From assembly GCA_045863855.1 (NCBI GenBank), contig BTVV01000059.1, forward strand, positions 1 through 35,485: 35,485 bases of DNA. Direction: 5' to 3'. The notes under the pieces were generated by a model. It saw nothing but the letters and a program-made list of their open reading frames with translations. It had not been told where the DNA came from and did no database searches. The position numbers were made by a program, and so were the translations under genes. Of this stretch, positions 9,178 through 20,799 are shown piece after piece. This DNA comes from Planctomycetota bacterium (lineage in GTDB: Bacteria > Planctomycetota > SZUA-567 > H5-PLA8). The stretch's first letter is position 1. Each line of letters starts with the position of its first letter.

Positions 9178-9903
9178 TCAAGGCGCCGCGCGGTCGATCA
9201 GGCGCTTCATCTCGCGGACGGCCTCGGGCAGCCCGCAAAAGATGGCCCGCGCCACGAGCGCGTGCCCGATGTTCAGTTCCCGCATCTTCGGAAGAGCGGC
9301 GACCGGACCCACGTTCAGGTAGTTCAAACCGTGCCCGGCATGCAGGCGCAGGCCCAGCTCGGCGGCCAGCGCGCCGCCGGAAGCAAGCTTCTTGAATTCC
9401 CGCGCGCGCGCGCGTTCGGAGCGGGCGTTGGCGTACGTGCCGGTGTGCAGTTCCACGCTGTCGGCGCCGGCCTTCGCGGCGGCTTCGATCTGCTTCGGAT
9501 CGGCGTCGATGAAATGGCTTACCGCGATCCCGCGAGCCTTCAGGCGCCCGGTAACCTGCTTGATGCGCGCAAAGCCGCGCACGATATCCAAGCCGCCTTC
9601 GGTCGTGACTTCCTGGCGCTTTTCGGGCACCAGACACGCGCAAGCGGGGCGTACGCGCAGCGCGAAGCGCAGGATCGGCGCGCTGACGGCCATCTCCAGG
9701 TTCACGCGCGTCTGGACGGTCTTGACGAGCACCTCGACGTCGCGGTCCTGGATGTGGCGTCGGTCTTCGCGCAGGTGGACGGTGATCTGATCGGCCCCGG
9801 CAAGTTCGCACTGCACGGCCGCCCAGACCGGATCGGGCTCGTAGGTGCGGCGCGCTTGCCGCACCGTAGCCACGTGATCGACGTTGACGCCTAATTCCAC
9901 CAT
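9178..9903 (-). CDS. pdxJ: Pyridoxine 5'-phosphate synthase
   Basis: LGVNVDHVATVRQAR, HLREDRRHI, VTTEGG, ELHTG, HAGHGL, ELNIGH; start ATG 9903. Confidence 0.97.
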   Translation of the reverse strand: MVELGVNVDHVATVRQARRTYEPDPVWAAVQCELAGADQITVHLREDRRHIQDRDVEVLVKTVQTRVNLEMAVSAPILRFALRVRPACACLVPEKRQEVTTEGGLDIVRGFARIKQVTGRLKARGIAVSHFIDADPKQIEAAAKAGADSVELHTGTYANARSERARAREFKKLASGGALAAELGLRLHAGHGLNYLNVGPVAALPKMRELNIGHALVARAIFCGLPEAVREMKRLIDRAAP

Positions 9904-9917
9904 CGTTCGAACTCCGC

Positions 9918-10946
9918 TTATTTGTCGCCCAAGCTTCCGGTCAGCATGCCGCGGACCTTTACCGTCGGCAGCGCGCCGCCGCCGGGCCCCAGCACCGTCA
10001 CGCGCGGCGGACCCACCACCTTGACCTGCACCGACTGCTCGGGATACACCTCGCCCGGCGGGCGGCGCAGATCCCAATCGGCCGGCCACTCGGCGTAAAT
10101 GCGCACCTGCGACTTGGTCAGCTCAGCCAGATCGTCGGGCCGGCCTCGCGCGACCACCGTGACGCTTTTGGGCGTACCGGTCATCGCCGCGCCCGGAGGC
10201 GCAAGGTAAGCGACCGGAACGTCGGCCAGTTCCTTCGTAATCTGCGACGCACGAAACAGCACTTCGATCTTGATTTTCTGCGCGGCCCAGACCGGAATGG
10301 ACTGTTCGCCGGCCTGTACCTCCGGCGCGATGCCGACTTCGACGGTGAAGTCCTTCGTCTTGCCGGTCAACTCGATCGGCTCGGTGAGCACGAACGCGGC
10401 GGTTTCGAGATCCTGCAGCGCCTCGACCGTCACCTCCATGGGCTCGACGCGCGTCTCCACCTCGTAGTCGGGCGGCTGCTTGCCGCGCCAGTCGGGCTTT
10501 ACCGGCAGCGTTTTGCGCACGATTCTGGAGAGCCGCACCGGAAGTTCGTCGGGGCGCACACTGACCACCCCCAGCCCATCGGCGCCTTCCACTTCGAAGA
10601 GGTCGGGCGTGAGCGTCACGACCTGATCCCCCGTGCCGAGACGAGAGAAGGCTTCCTTGAGATGCACGCGGACGTTTTCGTGGGTGAGATACTGGAGCTT
10701 CCTGCGCGGGCCTCGGATGCGCACATGAAGCTGCGGCCAGCGCATCTGAGCCGGAAAACGGACGCCCTCGGGCGGCTGCAACTCGGACGACGGGATCGTC
10801 ACCGTAAGTTCGCGTTCGTCGGTCAATTCGCCGTCAATGTAGAACCAGTACAGGGTCGCGAGAATCAGGCAGAAAATCTTCAGGAGCCAGTCTTCCCAGA
10901 AGACGGCGCGCAGGAAACGAAGCACGGATTTCTGACTGGGCGCCAT
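9918..10946 (-). CDS. cdaR: CdaR/YbbR-like diadenylate cyclase regulator
   Basis: N-terminal EDWLLKIFCLILATLYW transmembrane helix followed by repeated beta-rich YbbR-like modules (VRIRGP, VEPMEVTVE, TPKSVTVVARG); 2 bp downstream of cdaA. Confidence 0.8.
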   Translation of the reverse strand: MAPSQKSVLRFLRAVFWEDWLLKIFCLILATLYWFYIDGELTDERELTVTIPSSELQPPEGVRFPAQMRWPQLHVRIRGPRRKLQYLTHENVRVHLKEAFSRLGTGDQVVTLTPDLFEVEGADGLGVVSVRPDELPVRLSRIVRKTLPVKPDWRGKQPPDYEVETRVEPMEVTVEALQDLETAAFVLTEPIELTGKTKDFTVEVGIAPEVQAGEQSIPVWAAQKIKIEVLFRASQITKELADVPVAYLAPPGAAMTGTPKSVTVVARGRPDDLAELTKSQVRIYAEWPADWDLRRPPGEVYPEQSVQVKVVGPPRVTVLGPGGGALPTVKVRGMLTGSLGDK

Positions 10947-10948
10947 GG

Positions 10949-11749
10949 TCAGGTGCCTCCTTCCACGGCTTCGAGGCACAGGCGCGTCAGTTCCTTGCGC
11001 AGTTCGTCGGGCGAAAGGCCCTGTTTGAGCTTCCCGTCCACGCCCAGCGAGATGCGCCCCGTCTCCTCGCTCACCACCACCGTCACCGCATCGCTCTCTT
11101 CCGAAAGCCCCAGCCCCGCACGGTGGCGCGTGCCCAGCGTCTTGCTCAGTTCGGGATTCTCCGTCAGCGGCAGCAGGCAGCCGGCCGCGGCAATGCGCGT
11201 GCCTTGAATGATCACCGCCCCGTCATGCAGCGCCGAGCCCGGATAAAATATAGTTTGCAGCAGTTCGCTGGTAATCTCCGCGTTCATCGGCGTCCCGGCC
11301 TCGATGAAAGCCGTGAGCGGAATCTCGCGCTGGACGGCGATCAGCGCGCCCATGCTGCGCTGGCTCATGTGCGTCGCCGCCTGCACGATCTCGTCGATCG
11401 TCGGCGAGGAAGCCTGCACGACGCTCCCGAACCCGGGACTCAACCCCAGCCGCAGCAAACCGCGCCGCAGCTCAGGCTGGAAAATAATCAGGAGCGCGAT
11501 GAAAAAGAGCGCCGCGATTTTCTCGAACGTATAGGTAATGTGCTCCAGCTCGAACAAGCTGGCGAAGATGAAGACGATCCCGAACGAGACGAAGATGAGC
11601 AGGAAGATGCCGCGCAAGACGGCCGCGCCACGGCTCCCGCGCAGGAAGCGCATCAAGAGATAGATGACGAGAAAGAGCAGAAAGATTTCGACCGCCGCGG
11701 TCAAGCCGCTGCGCCAAAGTCCCTGCAGGCGTTCCAACCACTGCGTCAT
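10949..11749 (-). CDS. cdaA: Diadenylate cyclase CdaA (DacA)
   Basis: 3 transmembrane helices, IIFQPELRRGL, GALI, LHDGAVII, GTRHRA, VVSEETG. Confidence 0.96.
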   Translation of the reverse strand: MTQWLERLQGLWRSGLTAAVEIFLLFLVIYLLMRFLRGSRGAAVLRGIFLLIFVSFGIVFIFASLFELEHITYTFEKIAALFFIALLIIFQPELRRGLLRLGLSPGFGSVVQASSPTIDEIVQAATHMSQRSMGALIAVQREIPLTAFIEAGTPMNAEITSELLQTIFYPGSALHDGAVIIQGTRIAAAGCLLPLTENPELSKTLGTRHRAGLGLSEESDAVTVVVSEETGRISLGVDGKLKQGLSPDELRKELTRLCLEAVEGGT

Positions 11750-11901
11750 GCGCGAAACGAGGCTCCGAGCTGCGTGCCGACCGTGCCGCTAAGGCGAAGA
11801 GCATCAAAGAGTAGGAGGCGGCACGGTTTTTGTCTATGGAGCCTCCTTGGAGCCCTGGAGGCCACAAGGTGCACCTATTAACCCAACGCAGCCCACCGCG
11901 C

Positions 11902-12738
11902 TCAGGTCACCGCCCTAGCTACCTTTAATGCTTGGACATGTTCGGCCACGTCGTGAACGCGCAAGATGCGCGCCCCGCGCGCCACCGCGATGGCTGCCGC
12001 CGCGACCGAGGCCGTCACGCGCTGCGCCGGTTCGTCGATGCCCGTCAGTTTGCCCAGGAAACTCTTGCGCGAGACACCCACCACGAGCGGCCGGCCCAGC
12101 GCTTTAAACTCGCCGAGCCTCCGCAGCAGTTCGCAGTTGTGATCCAGCGTCTTCCCGAATCCGAAACCCGGATCGAGCAGCACGTTCGTGGGCGGGATCC
12201 CGGCTTCGTGCGCGGCGTGGAGCCGTTCGCGGAAAAAGAGATCGAGGTCCTCCACCACATCCTTGTATTGGGGATCGCGCTGCATCGTCCGCGGGGTGCC
12301 TTGCATGTGCATCAGGATGACCGGCGCCTTGGCCTTCGCGCAGACCTTGGCCATTTGCGGATCGTGGCACAGCGCGCTGATGTCGTTGATCAGATCGGCG
12401 CCTTCGCCCAAGCAGGCGCGCGCGACCTCGGCCGATCGCGTGTCCACGCTCAGCGGGATATTCGAAAAAGCCTTGTTCCGCCGCAGCGCCTTGAGCACCG
12501 GCACGAGGCGCTCCTTCTGGAGTTTGGCCGGAACCGCGCGCGCGCCGGGGCGCGTGGATTCGGCGCCGAGGTCCAGCGCGTCGGCGCCTTCGGCGCGCAT
12601 CTCTTCGGCCCGGCGCACCGCCGCTTCGGCGGCGAGGAATCGTCCGCCGTCGCTGAAGCTATCGGGCGTGACGTTGAGGATGCCGAGCACGAGCGGGCGG
12701 GTGAAGGCGAGTTGCGTACGCGAGCCAGGTAACGGCAT
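11902..12738 (-). CDS. folP: Dihydropteroate synthase (the ORF stays open upstream to 13239)
   Basis: GILNVTPDSFSDGG, GAESTRPGA, SVDT, INDIS, LDPGFGFGK, SRKSF, RVHDV. Confidence 0.95.
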   Translation of the reverse strand: MPLPGSRTQLAFTRPLVLGILNVTPDSFSDGGRFLAAEAAVRRAEEMRAEGADALDLGAESTRPGARAVPAKLQKERLVPVLKALRRNKAFSNIPLSVDTRSAEVARACLGEGADLINDISALCHDPQMAKVCAKAKAPVILMHMQGTPRTMQRDPQYKDVVEDLDLFFRERLHAAHEAGIPPTNVLLDPGFGFGKTLDHNCELLRRLGEFKALGRPLVVGVSRKSFLGKLTGIDEPAQRVTASVAAAAIAVARGARILRVHDVAEHVQALKVARAVT

Positions 12739-13301
12739 GCTGGGCGGAACGGTGGTTGCACAGAATCCGGAGCGAAAAATCTCATACACGAGGTCCACCA
12801 CGGGAGTAGTGACCTTGTCGTACTCTTCTTGCCTCCATGCCAACCAAGCGGGCTTCGCGATTCGCTTCCCGGCGGTCCATCGGAGCAAATCCAACCAAGC
12901 AAGGCTGAAGGAGGGCGCGGAGATTAAACCTCTGTTCAGGTCCCCTGGATCCAGGGACTCCACCAAGCTGCATTCCGCGCGCATGCGCTCAAGATCCGCT
13001 CTAGATCTCCCCACCAACTCAGCCCGGAGATGAAAATCAACGATGGACCGGATACCTGCGAGTCGGTCTTCGGCATGAATGGTAATCGGCGTTAAGCGAA
13101 CACCGACCAGCCGCGCATGTAGAGGTACGACCCAGAGTGGGGACTCACTGCTTTGAAGCCAACTTAGATACGGCTGAAGGCTGCGTAGTCGTGCGATCCT
13201 GCGGTGATGCTTACGCAATGAGACATGATTAGGGCTCATGCTTCATCCTACGCCTTCCCCGGACAGCTCGGACGACATGGCTTGACCATGACATTGCTCC
13301 A

Positions 13302-13340
13302 GAAACGAAGGAAGGCGGCCAAGCGGCCGCCCTTCCCTTT
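13302..13340 (-). terminator. Probable intrinsic terminator after ftsH
   Basis: Minus-strand stem GGAAGG(G)CGGCC/GGCCGCCTTCC with GCTT loop followed by TTCGTTTCT. Confidence 0.55.
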
Positions 13341-13370
13341 CAGCACGAGCTACGGTCCGAACCCAAGGGG

Positions 13371-15446
<2,076 letters not shown>

Positions 15447-15540
15447 CCGCAGCTCCCTGGTGCCGCGCGGGGACACACGCCGGCGATGGGGTTATTTTAC
15501 CGTAAGCCGGCCCGGTATTTCGAGCCGATTCCCGGCGCGG

Positions 15541-16071
15541 CTACCACCGATCGAGCACCTTGTCCGCAATATTGCGCGCAAGGTGCTCCAGCGCTTCGTC
15601 GCGCCCGAACTGCTCCATTTCGCCCCGGCGCAAATTATACGCGCCCGAATCCGGCCGGCCCTGATCGTTGGTGACGGCAAAGTCCTTGAACATGTACTTG
15701 GCTTCGCGAACGTCGTAAAGCGAGATGCGGCACAGAATCCGCACCTGGCTCTCCACGGCCTCGCCCAAGCGGTCGCTGCGCAGCGTCTGGCGTTCGAATT
15801 TCAAGACCACGCCTTCCAGAATCAGGTCGGCCTCGTCGCGCGGCACCACTTTGAGGCGCCCGTTACTGAGAAACGCCCGGCGCACGCCTTCCGAGAGTTC
15901 GACCTCCACCTTGCGCGTGTAGTCGTGGTAGTGCGTCTTGTTGCCGAAGACCGGCACCGCGATACTCTGCGCATGCTTGGGCAGGTTGGGGCGCGTCGTG
16001 TAGCAGCCCGCGGCGGCCAGCATCATGAAAAAGGCCGCGATTCGCGGCAACCATCGGCTTCGCATGCTCAT
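15541..16071 (-). CDS. lptE: LptE-family LPS-assembly lipoprotein
   Basis: Lipobox AAGC, SIAVPVFGNKT, EADLILEGVV, LARNIADKV; directly downstream of a bamD-like gene. Confidence 0.75.
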   Translation of the reverse strand: MSMRSRWLPRIAAFFMMLAAAGCYTTRPNLPKHAQSIAVPVFGNKTHYHDYTRKVEVELSEGVRRAFLSNGRLKVVPRDEADLILEGVVLKFERQTLRSDRLGEAVESQVRILCRISLYDVREAKYMFKDFAVTNDQGRPDSGAYNLRRGEMEQFGRDEALEHLARNIADKVLDRW

Positions 16072-16073
16072 TC

Positions 16074-17045
16074 CTAGCGTTGGCGCATCTTCTGCAGCTC
16101 TTCGGCGGCTTTGGCCGACCAAGGGCTGTCCGGGTAACGCTTAACGATCAGCTCGTAGTACACCTCGGCAGCCCGGAAGCGCCGGTTGGTCTGGTAGAAC
16201 CGCGCCTGATCGAAGCGTTTCTCGGCCTGACGGTCGCGCAGCACGCGCTCGTTTTCCTGCAGCGCCACTTTGTCCAGGTTGGTCGGTCCGAACTCGGCTT
16301 CCTTATAGGCTGCCTGAATCCGGTTCAACGCCTCCATCGTGTCCGATTCGGTGTACTGCGGCCGCGGCTCGCGCCGGTTGATGCAGATCGCGATGCGGCC
16401 TTCGGTCTCGGCGCGCAACTCGGAGCGCGGGTATTTATCGAGCAGCTTCTTGTACTTCTCGATGGCCGTATCGAAGCGCCCGTCCGCCTCGTCGCACTGG
16501 CCCAAGCCCAGCAGCGCGTCGTCCGCCCAGCGCCCTTCGGAGTCCTCGTCCAAAATATGCTGGAAGATGCGCCGCGCCTTGCGCACGCGGCTGGCCAGCG
16601 CGAACGTCCCGCCTTCGCCCTTGCCTTCCAGATAGCCCCGCCCCAGTTCGGCCTCCACCTGCCCCATCGCGTCGAGGTAGGTCGGGTTCGCATAGCGGCG
16701 CCGGAGTTCTTCGATCATCGCTCGGCACTTGGTAAAGCTGCCGGCGGCCAAGTGGTTCTTGGCCGAAAAAATGAGCGCCTCTTCCGCTTCGTCCGACTCC
16801 GGAAAGCTGAATGCCAGCCGCTCCCAAGCGATCGCCGCCTGCCGCGCGTCGCCCACCAGTTCGAACTGCTTGGCGCGCGCGTACTGCCGGCTGGGCGTCG
16901 ACTCCTCCGCCCGATCCGATCGCGGCCACTTCCCGCCGCTGACCCACAAATCCAGATCGCTTTCAAGATCCGCCGCGAAGCCCGAAACCGCGGCCAAGCT
17001 CAGGAGCCCGAAGAACGCTACCTTAAGGTTATTTTGACGCTTCAT
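16074..17045 (-). CDS. bamD: BamD/YfiO-like TPR outer-membrane assembly protein
   Basis: Signal peptide, TPR repeats (FPESDEAEEAL, KYPRSE), QARFY..AAEVYYELIVKRYPDSPWS C-terminus; no lipobox Cys seen. Confidence 0.7.
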   Translation of the reverse strand: MKRQNNLKVAFFGLLSLAAVSGFAADLESDLDLWVSGGKWPRSDRAEESTPSRQYARAKQFELVGDARQAAIAWERLAFSFPESDEAEEALIFSAKNHLAAGSFTKCRAMIEELRRRYANPTYLDAMGQVEAELGRGYLEGKGEGGTFALASRVRKARRIFQHILDEDSEGRWADDALLGLGQCDEADGRFDTAIEKYKKLLDKYPRSELRAETEGRIAICINRREPRPQYTESDTMEALNRIQAAYKEAEFGPTNLDKVALQENERVLRDRQAEKRFDQARFYQTNRRFRAAEVYYELIVKRYPDSPWSAKAAEELQKMRQR

Positions 17046-17194
17046 GGCGTTCCGTTTTAGGGCTTGCACCGGTGCAGGGCAAGTCCGGGCTGGAGTTATG
17101 CCTTACTCTCTATCGGTTAGGACGCTCCCCGACCCCAAGGCTTCTTGGGATCGAGGGCAGGGATCGAGAAAATTGCGCATGGTGCGCGGAAGGA

Positions 17195-20100
17195 CTACCT
17201 TCGCAGTACGGCTTCTCGAGCCCTAGTGGCGGCGCCTTCAAGCACCGAGGCGGTGGCTTCGAAGACCCCGGCCTTGCGCCGATTGGCGCCCACCGGAATC
17301 GTCGCGCTTACGCCTCCGAAAAGCCGCCGCGAGCCGCCCCCCACGCCAGGCGTCAGTCCGAACTTGGGAGTCGCTTCACGGGCCGCCCGGCCCCGGAAAT
17401 CGCCTGCCAGCGTCGTGAGGTAGCCGCTCAGTTCCGACGAACTGCGGCGCAGTGGATCGACCGAAGCGCTGATGGATTTGAAATCCCGCTGCAGCCAGGC
17501 GCGGCGCGGCGTGGCCGCGTCGGCGGCCAAGTTCGTCTTCCAGCGCTCCAGTTCGGCCAGCATCGCCTTAAAATCCTTCTCGTCGTCTTCCTTCAAAGCC
17601 GTCTCGACAGCGCTCTGTCCCTGCTGCCGCGCTTCTTCGAGCAGTTCGTACTTCCCTTCGATCTTATTCACGCCCTCCAGCGTCTCATGGAGCACGCGTA
17701 GTTCTTCGTTGTTCGGGTTTTCACGCACACCGGCGGAAAGCACGCCCAGCGCCGCAGGCACGTTACCCTCGCGCACGAGTTTGACCGCGTGATCGACGGT
17801 GCCGCCCACTTCCTGGGCCTTCTGGGTGGCCGCCAGTTCGGCGTCGATGCGCCCGATCAGGGCTTGAGCGCGCGGCTCGCCGCTGGGAAAGATCGGGATC
17901 GCCGCGCGCGCGGCGGCGCGCGCTTCAGCGCGCTTGCCCTGCGCATAGAGCGCTTGCGCGTCGGCCAAGGCCAGCTCGAAGCGCGCGTTGTCGATACGCG
18001 GCTTGATCTGCTGCTGCTCGGACGGCGCCAGACGCGCCAGGTTCTGCCAAGCCTGCAACGCCGCCGGCCAGTCGCGCCGGCCTTCTGCCGTCTCGGCGCT
18101 CTGCCGCGCCGCGCTCAGTTCGTCGATCTTCGCCTGATATTCTTTCGCCTTGCGGGCCAGTTCGGGATTGGACGGATCGAGTCTCGCGGCGTCGGCGTAC
18201 GCGCGGCGCGCGGCGGCCCAGTCGCCGTTTCGTTCGGCGCTGGCCACGGCTTCCATCGTTTCGCCCAAAACGGCGGCCTTAAGCTTCGTATTGACCAGCT
18301 CCGATTCCGGGCGGATCTGCTGCGCGTTGCGGAAAGACGTCTGCGCGGTCTCCCAATCGCGCTTGGCGAGCGCTTTTTCGCCGTCCGCCAGCGCCTGCCG
18401 GAAGCTGGCTTCGGTCAGCAGTTCCTGCGCCTGGTCACGCAGCCCTTTGGCGCTCTCTTCGGAGTCGGCGTACGCGGCGGCTTCGGTGAACCGGTCGGCG
18501 GCGTCACGCAGACGCTCGGCCTCCTGCGCGGTTTTGGCCTGTGCCAGGAGATCTTCGAAGCGGATCCGGCGCGTCAGCCGGGTTTCGTGCACGGAAACGT
18601 CGCCGATTTCCAGCTTCGCCGCGGCCTGATACGAAGCGAGCGCGCCGGGCCAATCCTTGGCCTTTTCCTTCTCTTCGGCGGCGGCCACGTGCTTCTTGTA
18701 GTTCACGCGCGCCAACGCCTGAGCGGGCGCCGTATCGCTGCTCTCGGCCAAACCCTGCGCCTTCGTGAACGCCTCCAGCGCCCCGGCCCAGTCATCCGAA
18801 CTTTCCGCCACCGCCCCTTCCTTCAGGGCCAGGCGATAATCGCGGCGCCGCTCGGCATGCGCGAGCACATCCTTCAGCGTGGGATCCGGATCGATCCCCG
18901 GAAGCGCCTGCTTTTCGTCCAGCCGCTTGATCGCTTCGGCATAGGCCGCCACCGCTTCGTCGTACTTCTCCAGCTTCACCGCGGTATCGCCCTTGGTGCG
19001 GAGCTTGTTGACATCGAAATTCACCCAGGCCGCTTCCGCGCGGTCGCGCAAGCGGGGAAATTCGTCCAGTTCCGGATACGCCGCGCCGCCGGCATTGGCC
19101 ACCGCGATCGCTTCCTGGAACTCGTTGGCCGCCAGCGCCTCGCGGTAATCCTGCTTGAACCGGACCACGCGCTGTTCGTGATGCCGCTGGTACAGGAAGA
19201 AGGCTCCGCCTCCCGCCAAGCCCAGCGCGAGCAGAATCACGGCCACCCACGCCAGCGCGTTGCTGCGCGGCTGCATCGCCATGGTGCTCATCGAGGTCGG
19301 CACGTGGGTCTGCCCGTACATCAGGCCCGGCGGATACGGCGTCTGCCCCGGAGCCGGCATCAGCGTCGGCGTATGAGCGGACGCCGCCGCGAGGTGCCCG
19401 CTCGGTAGCGCCGAAGGCGGCAACGGCGTCACGGCCGGCGACTGCACCGAGGGCGAAGGACGCAACGTCGGCGCATCATGCTGCATGATCGCATCGACGA
19501 GCATCACCACCTCATCGGCGCTCTGCGGGCGTTCTGCAGGATTCTTGGCCATCAGACGCAGGATCAGGTTGCACGTCGCTTCGCTGATGCTGGGCATGAT
19601 CGTGCGCGGATGCGGCGGCGCTTCGTAGCGGTGCTTGTACAGGATGCCCACCGGCGTCGGCGCCATGAACGGCGCGGTCCCGGTCAACAGGCGGAAGAAG
19701 GCCGCGCCCAGCGAGTACAGATCGCTGTGCAGCCCCGCCTTGTGCCCTTCGCACTGCTCGGGGCTCATGTACAGCGGCGTGCCCAGCATGGCGCCGCTGC
19801 GCGTCAGCGCGCTCTCGGATTCGCTCTCCGATGCCGTCACCAGACCGAAGTCCGCGACTTTGAGCACCCCATCCTTATCGAGCAGCAGATTTTCCGGCTT
19901 AATGTCGCGATGCACGAGGCCCTGCTTGTGCGCGGCGGCCAATCCTTCGGCCGCCTGGCGCAGCCATTGCAGCGCCTTCGCTTCGGGCAGCGGGCCGTGC
20001 TCTTTCAAGTACGCCGCCAGCGTCCGCCCGTTCACGTACTCCATGCTGATGTAGTACTGCCCGCCCTGTTCGCCGGCATCGTAGACTTGAACGATATGGG

Positions 20101-20347
20101 GATGCTTGAGCTGCGCCGCGGCCCGCGCTTCGCGCAAGAAGCGGTGCACGTACTCCGGCGTCGCGGTGAACTCTTGCGGCAGCAGCTTCAGCGCCACCTC
20201 GCGCCCAAGCGTCTGATGCTTGGCCAGGTACACGGCGCCCATGCCGCCCTGCCCGAGCTTCTCGACGATCCGGCAACCGCCGATCAAATGCGGAGTACTA
20301 TCCATAACCGCCTGCCTTTCGCCTGCCCCTGTTTCGGACTCGTTCAT
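17195..20347 (-). CDS. Transmembrane Hanks-type Ser/Thr protein kinase with large extracytoplasmic TPR region
   Basis: GQGGMGAVY, VALK, HRDIKPEN, DFG, GTPLYMSPE; Pro-rich linker; transmembrane helix LAWVAVILLALGLAGGGAFFLY; many TPR-like helices; SD GGGAGG. Confidence 0.93.
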   Translation of the reverse strand: MNESETGAGERQAVMDSTPHLIGGCRIVEKLGQGGMGAVYLAKHQTLGREVALKLLPQEFTATPEYVHRFLREARAAAQLKHPHIVQVYDAGEQGGQYYISMEYVNGRTLAAYLKEHGPLPEAKALQWLRQAAEGLAAAHKQGLVHRDIKPENLLLDKDGVLKVADFGLVTASESESESALTRSGAMLGTPLYMSPEQCEGHKAGLHSDLYSLGAAFFRLLTGTAPFMAPTPVGILYKHRYEAPPHPRTIMPSISEATCNLILRLMAKNPAERPQSADEVVMLVDAIMQHDAPTLRPSPSVQSPAVTPLPPSALPSGHLAAASAHTPTLMPAPGQTPYPPGLMYGQTHVPTSMSTMAMQPRSNALAWVAVILLALGLAGGGAFFLYQRHHEQRVVRFKQDYREALAANEFQEAIAVANAGGAAYPELDEFPRLRDRAEAAWVNFDVNKLRTKGDTAVKLEKYDEAVAAYAEAIKRLDEKQALPGIDPDPTLKDVLAHAERRRDYRLALKEGAVAESSDDWAGALEAFTKAQGLAESSDTAPAQALARVNYKKHVAAAEEKEKAKDWPGALASYQAAAKLEIGDVSVHETRLTRRIRFEDLLAQAKTAQEAERLRDAADRFTEAAAYADSEESAKGLRDQAQELLTEASFRQALADGEKALAKRDWETAQTSFRNAQQIRPESELVNTKLKAAVLGETMEAVASAERNGDWAAARRAYADAARLDPSNPELARKAKEYQAKIDELSAARQSAETAEGRRDWPAALQAWQNLARLAPSEQQQIKPRIDNARFELALADAQALYAQGKRAEARAAARAAIPIFPSGEPRAQALIGRIDAELAATQKAQEVGGTVDHAVKLVREGNVPAALGVLSAGVRENPNNEELRVLHETLEGVNKIEGKYELLEEARQQGQSAVETALKEDDEKDFKAMLAELERWKTNLAADAATPRRAWLQRDFKSISASVDPLRRSSSELSGYLTTLAGDFRGRAAREATPKFGLTPGVGGGSRRLFGGVSATIPVGANRRKAGVFEATASVLEGAATRAREAVLRR

Positions 20348-20799
20348 CGTACTCGCGCCTCCCGCTCAATCCAACCCATAGGTTGGACTTCTTACGGCCG
20401 GCCCGGTTGCATCCGCGCGTTGCTGCTCGCTAGGACGACCTTGCCGCGCCGTGCATTCGCGTCATTCCTTCCGCGGTTCGCTTCGAACCGCTTACCGTGA
20501 TGCGTTGCTCGACCCAACACCGCGCTGTTGGGTGTGCCAACACGAGTCGCGGAGTGTCGCAAGCATCACCTCGTGCGTAAACAGGCCTCACTCCGTTAAC
20601 TTGTTTCGCTAAAGCAGCTAAGCCCATTTCCCTATTCATTCGTCTTCCGGCTTGGGTCATTAGATGCACACGGTGAGCCAACGATTCCGAACTAAATTTG
20701 GGACTCAGGCTTGCCAAAGGTGAGTTCGTGTCATATAAGTTTGGTATAAGTCATGGCGAAGCACGCTTCGCAACTCTTTACTCGAGGAGAATTCCACTC

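Noticed and set aside
11750..11901. c-di-AMP (ydaO) or THF riboswitch upstream of cdaA
   Set aside because: Conserved sequence blocks of these riboswitches were not recognised on the coding strand.
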